A stretch of DNA of 64,000 bases from Candidatus Bathyarchaeota archaeon (GTDB lineage: Archaea > Thermoproteota > Bathyarchaeia > TCS64), in contig CAVYLP010000001.1 in assembly GCA_963769425.1 (NCBI GenBank), forward strand, positions 1-64,000, written 5' to 3'. A model generated the notes under the pieces. That model was not told where the DNA came from and searched no databases. It worked only from the letters and a program-made list of their open reading frames with translations. Both the position numbers and the translations under genes were made by a program. Shown in pieces: positions 1 to 9,711 of this stretch; position 1 is the stretch's first letter; each line of letters begins with the position of its first letter.

Positions 1-2
1 AG

Positions 3-896
3 GCGGAGATCGAGGAGAAGCCCCTCGGCTCGATGCTGGATGAGTTCAGCAGCATTGCTGAGATCTACCCTGAGGACAAGTTCACCATTGTAAAGGCTTT
101 GCAAGGCCAAGGCCACGTCGTCGGAATGACAGGGGATGGCGTGAACGACGCCGCCGCGCTTGGTCAGTCGGAGGTCGGCATCGCGGTGAAGAACGCGACC
201 GACACCGCGAAGGACGCTGCGAGTGCCGTGCTGACCGATGAGGGATTGGGGGAGATCGTCAGCATGGTTAAGATTGGTAGAACTCTCTACCAGCGGATAT
301 ACGGCTGGGCACTCATGATGATCTCAAGGAAGCTCCACATAGTCGGCTACATCGTCGCCATGTTCTTCCTCACTCACTCCTTCATGTTATCGATCATGGG
401 AACTGTTCTGATGCTGTTCCTCGGCGACTTTGTCTCAATGTCTATCTCCACCGATAACGTCAGGTTCTCATCTAAGCCAAACAAGTTCGACGTATCACAG
501 ATGTTTGTCCTTGGCGGGTCTTTGGGTCTGCTTAGCACGATAGAGGGTGCTCTTCTGACTCTCGCGTGTCTCTCCTACTTCGGATTGAGCGGCAACGTGG
601 ACAAGATCTACACATTCGGGTTCGCTTACCTGAACATCGCTGGGGTCTCCACCATGCTGATCGTCCGCGCCAGGGATCGTTTCTGGAAGATTAGGCCAAG
701 CGACTTCTTGGTGGTCACCGTGTTAGCGGAGTTCCTATTAGTGATCATTATCGGCGTCTTCGGCTTCCTTGAACTGGCCCCACTAGGCTTCTTACCCGTC
801 GCTGTGATACTCGCTTACACATTCCTAGTCACGTTTTTGATAAATGACTCGGTCAAGGTCTACCTAATGAAGCAGTTTTGTAAGAAAATATCCTAA
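3..896 (+). CDS. P-type ATPase (plasma-membrane H+-ATPase-like), C-terminal part; gene starts left of the window
   Basis: Frame is open from nt 3; hinge motif GMTGDGVNDA, PEDK motif, then the C-terminal TM helices. Confidence 0.9.
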   Translation, partial: AEIEEKPLGSMLDEFSSIAEIYPEDKFTIVKALQGQGHVVGMTGDGVNDAAALGQSEVGIAVKNATDTAKDAASAVLTDEGLGEIVSMVKIGRTLYQRIYGWALMMISRKLHIVGYIVAMFFLTHSFMLSIMGTVLMLFLGDFVSMSISTDNVRFSSKPNKFDVSQMFVLGGSLGLLSTIEGALLTLACLSYFGLSGNVDKIYTFGFAYLNIAGVSTMLIVRARDRFWKIRPSDFLVVTVLAEFLLVIIIGVFGFLELAPLGFLPVAVILAYTFLVTFLINDSVKVYLMKQFCKKIS

Positions 897-912
897 AATA
901 GGTTTCTGGCCT

Positions 913-1169
913 CTACTTCCCGAGGTTCACTAAGGAGGCGCTCATGCCTGCCTTAGACACGGATTTTATCGTCTCATCGGTTGAGACAAGCGATGGATCG
1001 AAGGAGATCTTCATCCTATTCGAGATGGGGTTGATGTTGAAACTCTTCACACCTTTTCAGCCCCAAACAGCCTCTTTTCAATCACCTTCACCTCACAGGA
1101 GCACCCTGATCCTTTGAGTTTGAACGTTGTCGCTTCAACATTTTCAGGGTCCTTTTTTCCAGTTTCCAA
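913..1169 (-). pseudogene. Heavy-metal-associated (HMA/CopZ-like) domain protein, frameshifted
   Basis: Manual translation from TTG 1169: METGKKDPENVEATTFKLKGSGCSCEVKVIEKRLFG; removing one G and one A from homopolymers near 1053-1064 continues LKGVKSFNINPISNRMKISFDPSLVSTDETIKSVSKAGMSASLVNLGK* (stop 913). Confidence 0.65.
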
Positions 1170-1195
1170 GAATCTATCCCAGCTATCCGCGCGGC

Positions 1196-1402
1196 TCAGT
1201 ACTCTTTCACCCACACTCGCAGATCCAGTGCGAGCGCGGGTGAAGATTCCAGTTCACGCCCCGCTGATGCTCCCCACCTCGGCGGGATCGCAATCTTCTG
1301 CCAAACCAGTATGTGTCCGCAGTTCCTACAGATGGTCGATTCTGCCTGAACGTCAGATCGGATTTGTCCCGGGTAATAGGTCTCGACAATGACTTTACCC
1401 AT
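1196..1402 (-). pseudogene. Small Cys-rich (zinc-finger-like) protein, frameshifted
   Basis: CRNCG in ORF 1196..1402 and WICECG in overlapping frame 1207..1410; ATG lies just after the stop of the upstream relic. Confidence 0.4.
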
Positions 1403-1406
1403 ATTC

Positions 1407-1800
1407 TCACCTCCAGACCTTCACACCGTTCTCGGCGAGGTACTGCGCCGCGAGGTCCGTCACGTCTCCGCTGTGGTAGGGGATCCTAAGCCCCTTAACG
1501 TGTCGAGAGGGGGTCCCTGTACGTTATCTCGGCTCGACCCCTCTTCGCATAGTCGTCGAGTATCGTCTGAGCTATCTCAGAGGCCACCCGGTATTTAGGG
1601 CTCCATGCACCTCGCGTGGAGGTTCAGCGCCTGGGCCACCTGCTCCTTCGTGCAGTCGAGGACGCCCCAGACCACTCGGCTTTGGCCCGTGCGGGCGCAC
1701 CAGCTTATTCGTGAACCGTAGCTGGGGCTCGATTCGTACCCCATCGCGCTCAGGGTATTGAGGCACCTGTAGACCGAGGGCTCGGGCATGCCGAGGTGGA
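1407..1800 (-). pseudogene. 5'-truncated, multiply frameshifted HTH-like protein
   Basis: Pieces in different frames: LGMPEPSVYRCLNTLSAMG / VWGVLDCTKEQVAQALNLHARCM / KYRVASEIAQTILDDYAKRGRAEITYRD / DVTDLAAQYLAENGVKVWR* (stop 1407). Confidence 0.5.
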
Positions 1801-1809
1801 TTCTCGAGC

Positions 1810-1956
1810 GACCTCGACGTCGAGGCCCTTCTGAAGGATTGGGGTGTAGACCCCCCGAATAATAGGCGGATTCTAGACTCCGAGGCTTTGGGGAATGCTA
1901 GGCGCTTAGCCAAGCTGCTGGCTGAGAAGGTAGATGAGATTCAGGAGGCCGCTTAG
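1810..1956 (+). pseudogene. 3' fragment of an unidentified gene
   Basis: DLDVEALLKDWGVDPPNNRRILDSEALGNARRLAKLLAEKVDEIQEAA*; no upstream start in frame; its stop abuts the OsmC gene and it carries AGGAGG. Confidence 0.35.
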
Positions 1957-2382
1957 CTGGCCACATACAAGACTGTGACGGAGTGGATGAGTGGTCACCT
2001 AGGGGAGGTTCGGCTAAGCAATGGTCCGGTGCTCCCCTTCTCCGCCCCCGCAGCTATACAAAGCGTTGATGGCGTATTGACACCTGAAGATGCTTTCGTA
2101 GCTGCTCTGAACACCTGCTATATGCTGATGTTCATCTGGAGTGTGGAGAGACTCAAGGTCGACCTCGTGAGCAACACATGTGAGGCGGAGGGCCACGTCG
2201 AAGAATTCCTCGACAGGACCTTAACCTTCGACAGGATGACACTTAAGCCTAGTATAGTGGCGAGGGGCTGCACGGCGGAGAGGGTGAAGCGCGCATTGGA
2301 GCTGGCCGAGAAGTACAGTCTCATCTGGCAGTCCATCAAAGCAAAGGTTAGCCTAGAGCCCGAGATAATCATTTTAGGATAA
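1957..2382 (+). CDS. OsmC/Ohr family protein
   Basis: TPEDAFVAALNTCY motif and C-terminal KYSLIWQSIK; ORF track starts at GTG 1975, but in-frame CTG 1957 follows AGGAGG. Confidence 0.8.
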   Translation: MATYKTVTEWMSGHLGEVRLSNGPVLPFSAPAAIQSVDGVLTPEDAFVAALNTCYMLMFIWSVERLKVDLVSNTCEAEGHVEEFLDRTLTFDRMTLKPSIVARGCTAERVKRALELAEKYSLIWQSIKAKVSLEPEIIILG

Positions 2383-2666
2383 CCATTTGATAGGCGAGTA
2401 TTATGAGTTGTTCCGAGATACGTGAAAGACAGCAAGGAGATATATCCAATAACGAAAATTATGAGATTTAGGGATAGAAAAATGCTAAATTCGCTAAGGA
2501 AAAACTTGGAAAAGAAATAAAAAGTTGAAAAAAATATTGTGCGGCAGATAAGATGGCTGATTTAGAGATTATAATATCAGAAATCCATAAAACCTAACCT
2601 TCTCAAAATGCTTGTAAATAACGTCGTAGGTCCATACTCCCAATAGCCTCCGACAATACAGCCAAA

Positions 2667-2683
2667 GGGGCCGAAGAGGCCCC
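2667..2683 (-). terminator. GC hairpin, possible terminator of the SnoaL-like gene
   Basis: GGGGCC-GAAGA-GGCCCC flanked by A runs on the + strand. Confidence 0.4.
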
Positions 2684-2773
2684 AAAATCTCTTTCTAAGA
2701 AACGTGCGAGGTGAATGAAAGATGATGAGGTCATCTCACTCTAATTTTAGCACACTTGAATCTACTATCTTTC

Positions 2774-3220
2774 TTAAACCACTGCGATGCTATTTGGCCA
2801 AGCTTCTCCGATTTGTTGCTCAGCAGCTGGGTTAGACGCATGCCAGTGAACGATTAGCCACTCATCACCAGATTTCTTCAGGATGATCGTTAGCCTCGTG
2901 GGTATATGCATCTCCCTGGAGCCTATCCTAGCGTAGAATGCTGCTTCCGTCACGGCCCAGGCAAGTTTCCCTTCTGTGAAGATAGACCTCCAATTGTAGA
3001 CGATCGAGCTGGCCTCTGACTGAGCCCAGTCACGTTTGAAGAGGGATTTCACCTCGCTCTTTCCAATTTTTTTCTCATCAGCACCGGTCCCTAACACTAC
3101 GAGGTCATCATCAGGTGAGAATAAGGACATCATCTTATCCAGATCCCTCTCCTCGAATGCCTCGGCAACCTTGTCTAAGGTGGATATTACCCTTGATTCC
3201 GTTTCCTTGGTTGGTTTCAT
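2774..3220 (-). CDS. SnoaL-like / NTF2-fold protein
   Basis: AFEERDLDKMMSLFS N-terminus and RLTIILKK..WLIVHWHAS C-terminus; likely ATG at 3220. Confidence 0.85.
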   Translation of the reverse strand: MKPTKETESRVISTLDKVAEAFEERDLDKMMSLFSPDDDLVVLGTGADEKKIGKSEVKSLFKRDWAQSEASSIVYNWRSIFTEGKLAWAVTEAAFYARIGSREMHIPTRLTIILKKSGDEWLIVHWHASNPAAEQQIGEAWPNSIAVV

Positions 3221-3380
3221 TATAATCCTCCGCAGGTACGTGTACGAGGGTTTGAGCGAATCCGCGCCCAATTAATGTAGTATTTTCAACAGATGATAAG
3301 ATTATCTAGATATGCCCATGCACGTCAGATTCTGCGAGTCTTTCCCGTTTTCCTAACCTTAATCGAGTAATCGAATCATA

Positions 3381-3417
3381 TTATCCCAAATTTACTTTGG
3401 AATAAGCCTCATCTTAC
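3381..3417 (+). repeat. 37-bp intergenic repeat B, copy 1
   Basis: TTATCCCAAATTTACTTTGGAATAAGCCTCATCTTAC; 35/37 identical to copy 2. Confidence 0.9.
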
Positions 3418-3437
3418 ACCAAGGTATTTAGTATACG

Positions 3438-3466
3438 AATAGTCTTATCCTCACTCTCACCTGATA
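3438..3466 (+). repeat. Companion repeat A, copy 1
   Basis: AATAGTCTTATCCTCACTCTCACCTGATA; recurs at 7195 and 11148, degenerate at 7277 and 9453. Confidence 0.8.
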
Positions 3467-3816
3467 TTAATCTGTAAAGTATTGCGCGCGCTAATAACAT
3501 GTTTTCCCCCAACCGGATAAGCTCCCACTGAGGATCGCTTATCACAGACATGCTCCGGCATCAACCAGTTTTATGCACTTATGTAGACTTTCTAAGACAC
3601 ATATTTGATGTAGAACCTTCGGTCAGCTTCGATACTTGTGTAGCTTGACGAAGGATTCTCCCTGTACTCTTACCCTATAATGCTTATTCGCTCGCGCGAA
3701 TTGGACATCCAGTTCTTAATTGGATACGAGGGAAGAATAGAATGATGGGAAGAAGCGGGAGTAAAAGCATAAACTCTTTACTATTAACCATGAAACATTA
3801 GTTCGAAGATGGGACA

Positions 3817-4629
3817 TTGAGTAATCTATGCGACCTTCTTTTTGAGCTATCAAGCGAGGAACGCATGAAAATACTCAATATAATCAATATCAAACGAAGT
3901 AAGCTAACTCAAATTGCAAAGGCATTAGGGATTACCAATCAAGAGTGCAGTAGACACGTTTCTAGGTTAGTCATAGTAGGACTCGTCGAGAAAAAACCAG
4001 ATGGTAATTTTCAGACTACTCCTTATGCCAATCAAGTTATCATGCAACTCAAACCTCTTCATTTTTCCTTGCGTTATCGGAATTATTTCCTCGAACATAC
4101 AACGGAATGGATCCCTCCCGAATTTCAGATGAGACTGGGGGAGTTGAGTAAGTCTCAGCTTGTCGATGATGTTATGGTAGTCTTCAGGAACATTGAGAAA
4201 ATGTACGATGAGGCTGATTTGTACGTTCTCAGGGTAACGGACAGGTTTATGCTCACTACAATGCCCTCAGCCGATAAGGCGTTGAAGAGGGGTGTGACGC
4301 AACGAATGCTGGACCCGGAAGATATAGTTGTTCCCTCGGACTTCAAGAATACACCGAAATATGATGAAGCATTAGCGAATAGGCAGTTTATCAACCGCAG
4401 TATTACTCGCTGTGATTTCTTCCTAGCCATGTCAGAGAAGGTAGTGGCAGCCCTCAGTTTCCCACATATTGATGGGCGTTTTGACTATACGGGTCTAACA
4501 TCTGATGACCCCGATTTCATTAAATGGTGCGAGGACCTATTCGAGCACTATTGGACAGAATCAAAGAAAAAGAATTTTGACTGGCTTCCCAGAAAAATCG
4601 CTGAAAGTAAAAATAAAAAAAATAATTAA
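3817..4629 (+). CDS. Winged-HTH transcriptional regulator (ArsR-like N-terminus, DUF1724/FilR1-like C-terminus)
   Basis: LFELSSEERMKIL..SRHVSRLVIVGLV HTH; C-terminal SDDPDFIKWCEDLFEHYW typical of this archaeal family. Confidence 0.8.
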   Translation: MSNLCDLLFELSSEERMKILNIINIKRSKLTQIAKALGITNQECSRHVSRLVIVGLVEKKPDGNFQTTPYANQVIMQLKPLHFSLRYRNYFLEHTTEWIPPEFQMRLGELSKSQLVDDVMVVFRNIEKMYDEADLYVLRVTDRFMLTTMPSADKALKRGVTQRMLDPEDIVVPSDFKNTPKYDEALANRQFINRSITRCDFFLAMSEKVVAALSFPHIDGRFDYTGLTSDDPDFIKWCEDLFEHYWTESKKKNFDWLPRKIAESKNKKNN

Positions 4630-4775
4630 ATTACATGTAAAATGAAAAGCGAGCGCGCATAATTAATCTTAAATCCTCATGAAATATCATTACGAATTTT
4701 TTTCTCTTGATACCTCATTAGAAAACTGATGGCAAAGATGCGTGCACATGAGAAGCCCATACGATGTGAGATACT

Positions 4776-5927
4776 TTGAATTCTGATGGACCCCAGCAGA
4801 CAAAACCCTCGCAGGGTAGACTCCAGTTCATCGACTTCACACGCGGCATAATAATGGCGATCATGGCTTGGGACCACGTCGCAACCTTCTGGTGGCCCCA
4901 GCACTACGGAAGCGAGGGCCTCGGAGGACTCTTCCCATATCTGGGAGCCGACCTCCTGCCCTTCCTTTCAAGATTCATAACACACTTCTGCGCACCCACA
5001 TTCTTCTTCCTCTCCGGAACCTCGATAGCCATCTCCACCGCGAGGAAGCTTCAGAGGGGTGAGAGCCAAAAGGCGATCTCCCTCCACCTTGTGAAAAGGG
5101 CGGGGATATTAGTCCTCCTCATGGTCTTTATCGAGGGAAACGCCTTCGGACTCAGCCCAATCTACTTCGGCGTCCTCGGCTGCTTCGCAGCCTGCTTCAT
5201 AATATTCAGTGTTTTCAGGAGGCTCCCGTGGCAGATCATACTCACGATCTCCACAGCCATCGTCGTCTTCCATCCGCTACTTGACCTGAGCTTCCTCCCC
5301 AAAGATGGCATCGGGCTCCTCTTGAGACTCTATCTACATGAGCCGAGCTACAATTACTACCCGTTCCAGGTTCTCTACCCCATAATCCCATGGGTCGGCG
5401 TCATGGGACTAGGCTGGTGCCTCGGTGTATTCCTTAATCGCCTAGACAGAGAACAAATAAAGAGATTAGCGAAGCCAATCGCCCTGACGGGTGTCGGCTC
5501 AATATTCGCATTCATAGCAATCAGGTGGCTCAACGGTTATGGTAACCTAGTGCCCAGGAGTGGCAACACAATTCAATCCTGGCTGGCGGTCTCGAAGTAT
5601 CCCCCAGATCTAGCCTTCCTAACAATCACCCTCGGTGGTATGTGCTTCCTGTTGGCGCTAGGCATACAAATAGAGGATAAAAAGTGGTTTAACGGAGGAA
5701 TAATTGGCGCTCTGCTTGTCTTTGGCAGGAACCCCCTCTTCTTCTATGTCACCCACCTTGTCCTTTACAGGGTTCGCCCATTCTATATGACTACACCCCT
5801 TTTCACTATGGATCTATCCACCGTGGTCGTCTTCTGGTTTATTGGACTCGTAGTGTTGTGGAGGCTGTGCCTTAGATATGAGAAGTTTAAGAAATCTCAC
5901 CCCGAGTCGCTTCTACAATATATCTAA
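4776..5927 (+). CDS. DUF1624 / HGSNAT-like membrane acyltransferase-family protein
   Basis: RLQFIDFTRG..MAWDH, RFITHFCAPTFFFLSG, YPIIPW, KYPP motifs; multi-TM. Confidence 0.85.
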   Translation: MNSDGPQQTKPSQGRLQFIDFTRGIIMAIMAWDHVATFWWPQHYGSEGLGGLFPYLGADLLPFLSRFITHFCAPTFFFLSGTSIAISTARKLQRGESQKAISLHLVKRAGILVLLMVFIEGNAFGLSPIYFGVLGCFAACFIIFSVFRRLPWQIILTISTAIVVFHPLLDLSFLPKDGIGLLLRLYLHEPSYNYYPFQVLYPIIPWVGVMGLGWCLGVFLNRLDREQIKRLAKPIALTGVGSIFAFIAIRWLNGYGNLVPRSGNTIQSWLAVSKYPPDLAFLTITLGGMCFLLALGIQIEDKKWFNGGIIGALLVFGRNPLFFYVTHLVLYRVRPFYMTTPLFTMDLSTVVVFWFIGLVVLWRLCLRYEKFKKSHPESLLQYI

Positions 5928-5944
5928 CGTATGGGGGATTACAC

Positions 5945-7067
5945 TTGCTTGATAACAGCTCGATGAAAATTAAGAACAGAAAATCGAGGATAATATGGAT
6001 AGTTGGGCTGATATTTGTAGGTGGCCTTCTAGCCGTGATTACCCTGAACCGAGGAACACATGAAGGTAGTCCTATGAACACATCTCAGCCTATTTATTGG
6101 CCTACAGAAGGGTGGAGGAGAGAGACTCCGGATAAACTTGGTATGAATGGATCCAAACTCGTCGCCATGGTCGACGATATTAAGAGGAGCATACCAACCA
6201 TAGACAGCGTCATCATCATTCGCCATGGCTACATCGCGGAGGAGGAGTACTTCGGTTCCTACAACGCCACAACCAATCACCACCTCTATAGCTGCACGAA
6301 GAGCGTTGTCAGTACACTCATCGGCATCGCGTTAGACAAGAAACAAATAGATAGTGTCGACTCAAAGGTCCTTGACCTTCTCCCTGAATACCATCCCGAG
6401 AACATGAGTGATTGGAAAAGGGACCTAACCCTAAGAGATCTTCTCATGATGTCATCCGGCCTCGACGCGAGAGACGACTACTCCGATAACTGGATCTGGA
6501 TTAACAGGCTCATCAATTCACAGGATGCAGTAAGGTACGCGCTGGACCTCAACGTAACTGTAAAACCCGGCACCACCTTCAAGTACACTGACGCAAACTC
6601 GCACATCCTCTCCGCTATCATCATCGAGAAGACTGGCATGGCCACCCTCTCTTACGCGAAGAAGAACCTCTTCGAACCACTGGGAATACACGACGTAACA
6701 TGGAAAAATGATACGAGTGGGAGGCAGTGGGGATTCTGGGGCCTTTACATGACGCCGTTAGATATGGCGAAAATTGGTTACCTTTACTTGCACAATGGTA
6801 CATGGGACGGCGAGAGGATAGTTTCAGACGGCGTGGACGAGGCAGGCAACATCGAAGAAGATGGATGCCGACCTATTTCCAGGATATGGGTTCCAATGGT
6901 GGGTAAATGACAAAGCAGGATACTACACAGCAGCGGGATACGGAGGACAGTTCATATACGTATTTCCTGATAGGGACATGGTTGTTGTTTTTACTGGCCA
7001 TGACGAGCTGAATTTCGATAACCCTGGAAGACTGTTGGATATGTTTATTTTACCAGCAGTTAAATGA
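5945..7067 (+). CDS. Serine hydrolase, beta-lactamase class C-like family, N-terminal membrane anchor; one apparent +1 frameshift near 6830
   Basis: SCTK (SxxK), FKYTDAN, LYMTPLDMAKIG; ORF 6861..7067 supplies YGFQWW..AAGYGGQFIYVFP; removing one G joins the frames. Confidence 0.85.
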
Positions 7068-7194
7068 GAGAGTGCGCGCTCTACAAGATTTACAGATTCT
7101 ACGCGCGCATGCTCATTTTACTCAAATCTCGCATAGATAGAGTTTCGGAGATAGGTGTTCTTGCTCTTCTACATTGAGGGGTTATTAGACCCTC

Positions 7195-7304
7195 AATAGT
7201 CTTATCCTCACTTCCACATTCTCAATAAGAAAATCTTATCCCAAATATACTTTGGTATAAGCCTCATCTTACGTGCAATAATCTTACCATGAGTTCCACC
7301 TGAT
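7195..7304 (+). repeat. Composite A-B-A repeat cluster (B copy 2 at 7236-7272)
   Basis: AATAGTCTTATCCTCACTTCCAC ... TTATCCCAAATATACTTTGGTATAAGCCTCATCTTAC ... AATAATCTTACCATGAGTTCCACCTGAT. Confidence 0.9.
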
Positions 7305-7577
7305 TGTTACCAGCGATTGTATGGTTGATTTGACTGTGATTCAATCTGCATACTACATGGTAGCTACTAAGGGAGTACTAGTAGCAGCAGTCTAATAATT
7401 ACACAACATGAGGATGACCCAGAGAAACATAAAAGCCACTCTGGAGACTGGTAAACTACTTTTCCTAGCCGAATTCCAAAAAAAGCTGATGAAAACGTAT
7501 GAGATATGCGCCATAATGTTATAAGATAGAAAAACGCTCACAAAAAATATTCTGTGTTTCAGAAAAAGAGCTGAAGA

Positions 7578-9392
7578 ATGCATATGAGAGCTAAGATCTT
7601 GAAGCTTCTAGTTTCCATATTTATTATCAGTTTTGTTTTGTTTCCGGCCAATATGGTCCACGCGGACGCATTGCTGACTACAGTAAAAGTGGGAGCTGCC
7701 CCCTGGGGTGTAGCCTATGATTTCGCTAAGGGAGAAATATTCGTGGTCAATTCCGGCACAGGCACCGTCTCAGTATTTTCTGACAGCGACTTTACTATAC
7801 TTGCAACAGTGACGGTAGGGCAGCAACCCTATAGAGACATTTACGATTCTGGCAGAGGCGAAATCTTCGTTGCTAACTATGGTGCGAACTCAGTCTCAGT
7901 GATATCAGATGTAACCAATACCGTTTTGGCTATCGTGCCCGTGGGGTCTTCACCCTCATCTTTTGCCTATGATTCGAGTAAGGGTGAAATATTCGTAGCC
8001 AATTCAGGTGGCAACACAGTCTCCATTATTTCAGACAACACTAACTCCGTCGTGGCTACCGTGACCGTAGGCTCTAACCCCTATGACTTAGATTATGATT
8101 CAGGTAAGGGCGAGATCTTTGTCGCCAACTCTTTCTCCCGATCCGTTTCCATCATATCAGACATTAACAATCAAGTGGTTGCAACCGTACCCGTAGGAAG
8201 TGGCCCATTAGGCGTTGCTTATGATTCTGCCAAAGGCGAGGTCTTTGTAGCCAACTCCGTCTCCAACACCGTTTCGGTGATATCAGATAGCAGTAACACC
8301 GTCGTCGCAACTGTGAATGTAGGAACTAGTCCAGGGCCCATGGTCTATGATTCAAACACTGGCGAGATATTCGCGGTTAATAGAGGTTCTGGCTCGGTCT
8401 CTGTCATATCGGACAGCACAAATGCGGTCATTACCACCTTAACCGTGGGAGCCAAGCCCTATGGCGCAGCCTATGATTCTGGCAGAGGCGAGATATTTGT
8501 TACCAATTATGGTGATGGCACGCTCTCGGTCATGTCCGATTCCTCTAATACCTCTACTTTACCGGGCACAAACGCAACATCAGACCTATTGCAACAAATC
8601 TGGGTTCCAGAGCCAACGAACACAGTGGTGGCAGTCGGTGTATCTGCAGTGGTGGTTGGGGCGGTTTCACTGCTTTTTTCCGCCATAAACGACCCATTAG
8701 CGGGTTTTGGTGGAGCATTGAGCGAAAAAATAAAGGACGTAATCCCCGACGAAATAAGGGAGTGGCTTGAGGAAGTAGTGTCTTCTAGACGCGAGTTGGA
8801 AGCCGCGGATAAGACCGGTTCTCCCTTTACTCCAACCAGAGCCGAAGTGTTGGCATACGTTACGTCGATAGTCGTTCTGGCCATCGCCTTCTCCTATGTG
8901 AAGATCATTAACCTTAGCCAGCTATGGGAGTTGCTGCCCCTTTTCTTCGCTACGAGTGTTATTGTTGGATTCGTCCAACACTTCTTTTCAATAGTGTACC
9001 TGCGAAGCAAGGGCGTGTGGAGTGAATACACGATTTGGCCCTTAGGGCTTTTCCTCTTCCTCTTCACAACATTCTCCTTCAGGGTTCCGTTCTCTTCGCC
9101 AACACGGAGCATACACTCCAAGAAATTCACCGAACGATTAGGTGCCGTCGCTTCTGCAGCTGAGATTCTCATAAGCTTAGCCTTCGCCGGGTTATTCTTC
9201 CTGCTATTGAAAAGCGGTTACGTGGCTGTTGGTGATGCAGGTTTGTCTATGTGCGTGATCGGCTCTTTTTTCGGTACTTTCCCCGTGTCTCCGATGAGTG
9301 GGAAGGACATTTTCGACCACAGTAAGCGTCTTTGGGCGACGCTCTTTAGCATAACATTACTAATCTTTGTTGCCTGGTTGCTCCTAATCTAA
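7578..9392 (+). CDS. YncE/YVTN beta-propeller surface protein with C-terminal multi-TM domain
   Basis: Signal peptide; seven ~42-aa repeats VGxxPxxxAYDSxKGEIFVAN..SVSVISD; several TM helices at the C-terminus. Confidence 0.9.
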   Translation: MHMRAKILKLLVSIFIISFVLFPANMVHADALLTTVKVGAAPWGVAYDFAKGEIFVVNSGTGTVSVFSDSDFTILATVTVGQQPYRDIYDSGRGEIFVANYGANSVSVISDVTNTVLAIVPVGSSPSSFAYDSSKGEIFVANSGGNTVSIISDNTNSVVATVTVGSNPYDLDYDSGKGEIFVANSFSRSVSIISDINNQVVATVPVGSGPLGVAYDSAKGEVFVANSVSNTVSVISDSSNTVVATVNVGTSPGPMVYDSNTGEIFAVNRGSGSVSVISDSTNAVITTLTVGAKPYGAAYDSGRGEIFVTNYGDGTLSVMSDSSNTSTLPGTNATSDLLQQIWVPEPTNTVVAVGVSAVVVGAVSLLFSAINDPLAGFGGALSEKIKDVIPDEIREWLEEVVSSRRELEAADKTGSPFTPTRAEVLAYVTSIVVLAIAFSYVKIINLSQLWELLPLFFATSVIVGFVQHFFSIVYLRSKGVWSEYTIWPLGLFLFLFTTFSFRVPFSSPTRSIHSKKFTERLGAVASAAEILISLAFAGLFFLLLKSGYVAVGDAGLSMCVIGSFFGTFPVSPMSGKDIFDHSKRLWATLFSITLLIFVAWLLLI

Positions 9393-9452
9393 TGAGATTT
9401 TTGAAATGGGTGAAAAGGTACGGACTGCGGACATTAACGTACATCTACCCAC

Positions 9453-9529
9453 TCAATGACCCTATCCTAACTTCCTAAATATTCTAATAATCTTAACCCA
9501 AATTCACTTTTGCATAAGCCTCATCTAAC
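9453..9529 (+). repeat. Degenerate A plus repeat B copy 3 (9493-9529)
   Basis: TTAACCCAAATTCACTTTTGCATAAGCCTCATCTAAC, 32/37 identical to copy 1. Confidence 0.85.
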
Positions 9530-9711
9530 GTACAGCAGATTGATCGAGGAATCAGTTCCATATAGGTCGCGAACGCTCGCCCCATAACCCGTGATAATAA
9601 ACTTGGAAACAAGTTCTAATTTGCACACGAGTCGCAAGCAACCATGCTATTGAATCGATCTAATCACAAAAAGATATACACCCGTACCTTACAAAGACAA
9701 CCGTATCCTGC

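Noticed and set aside
7690-8540. ~126-bp tandem DNA repeats
   Set aside because: They encode the YVTN beta-propeller blades
3381-9529. 37-bp repeats as a CRISPR array or classical integron attC sites
   Set aside because: Copies are kilobases apart with whole genes between them and no cas genes; no paired RYYYAAC...GTTRRRY ends enclosing a long hairpin
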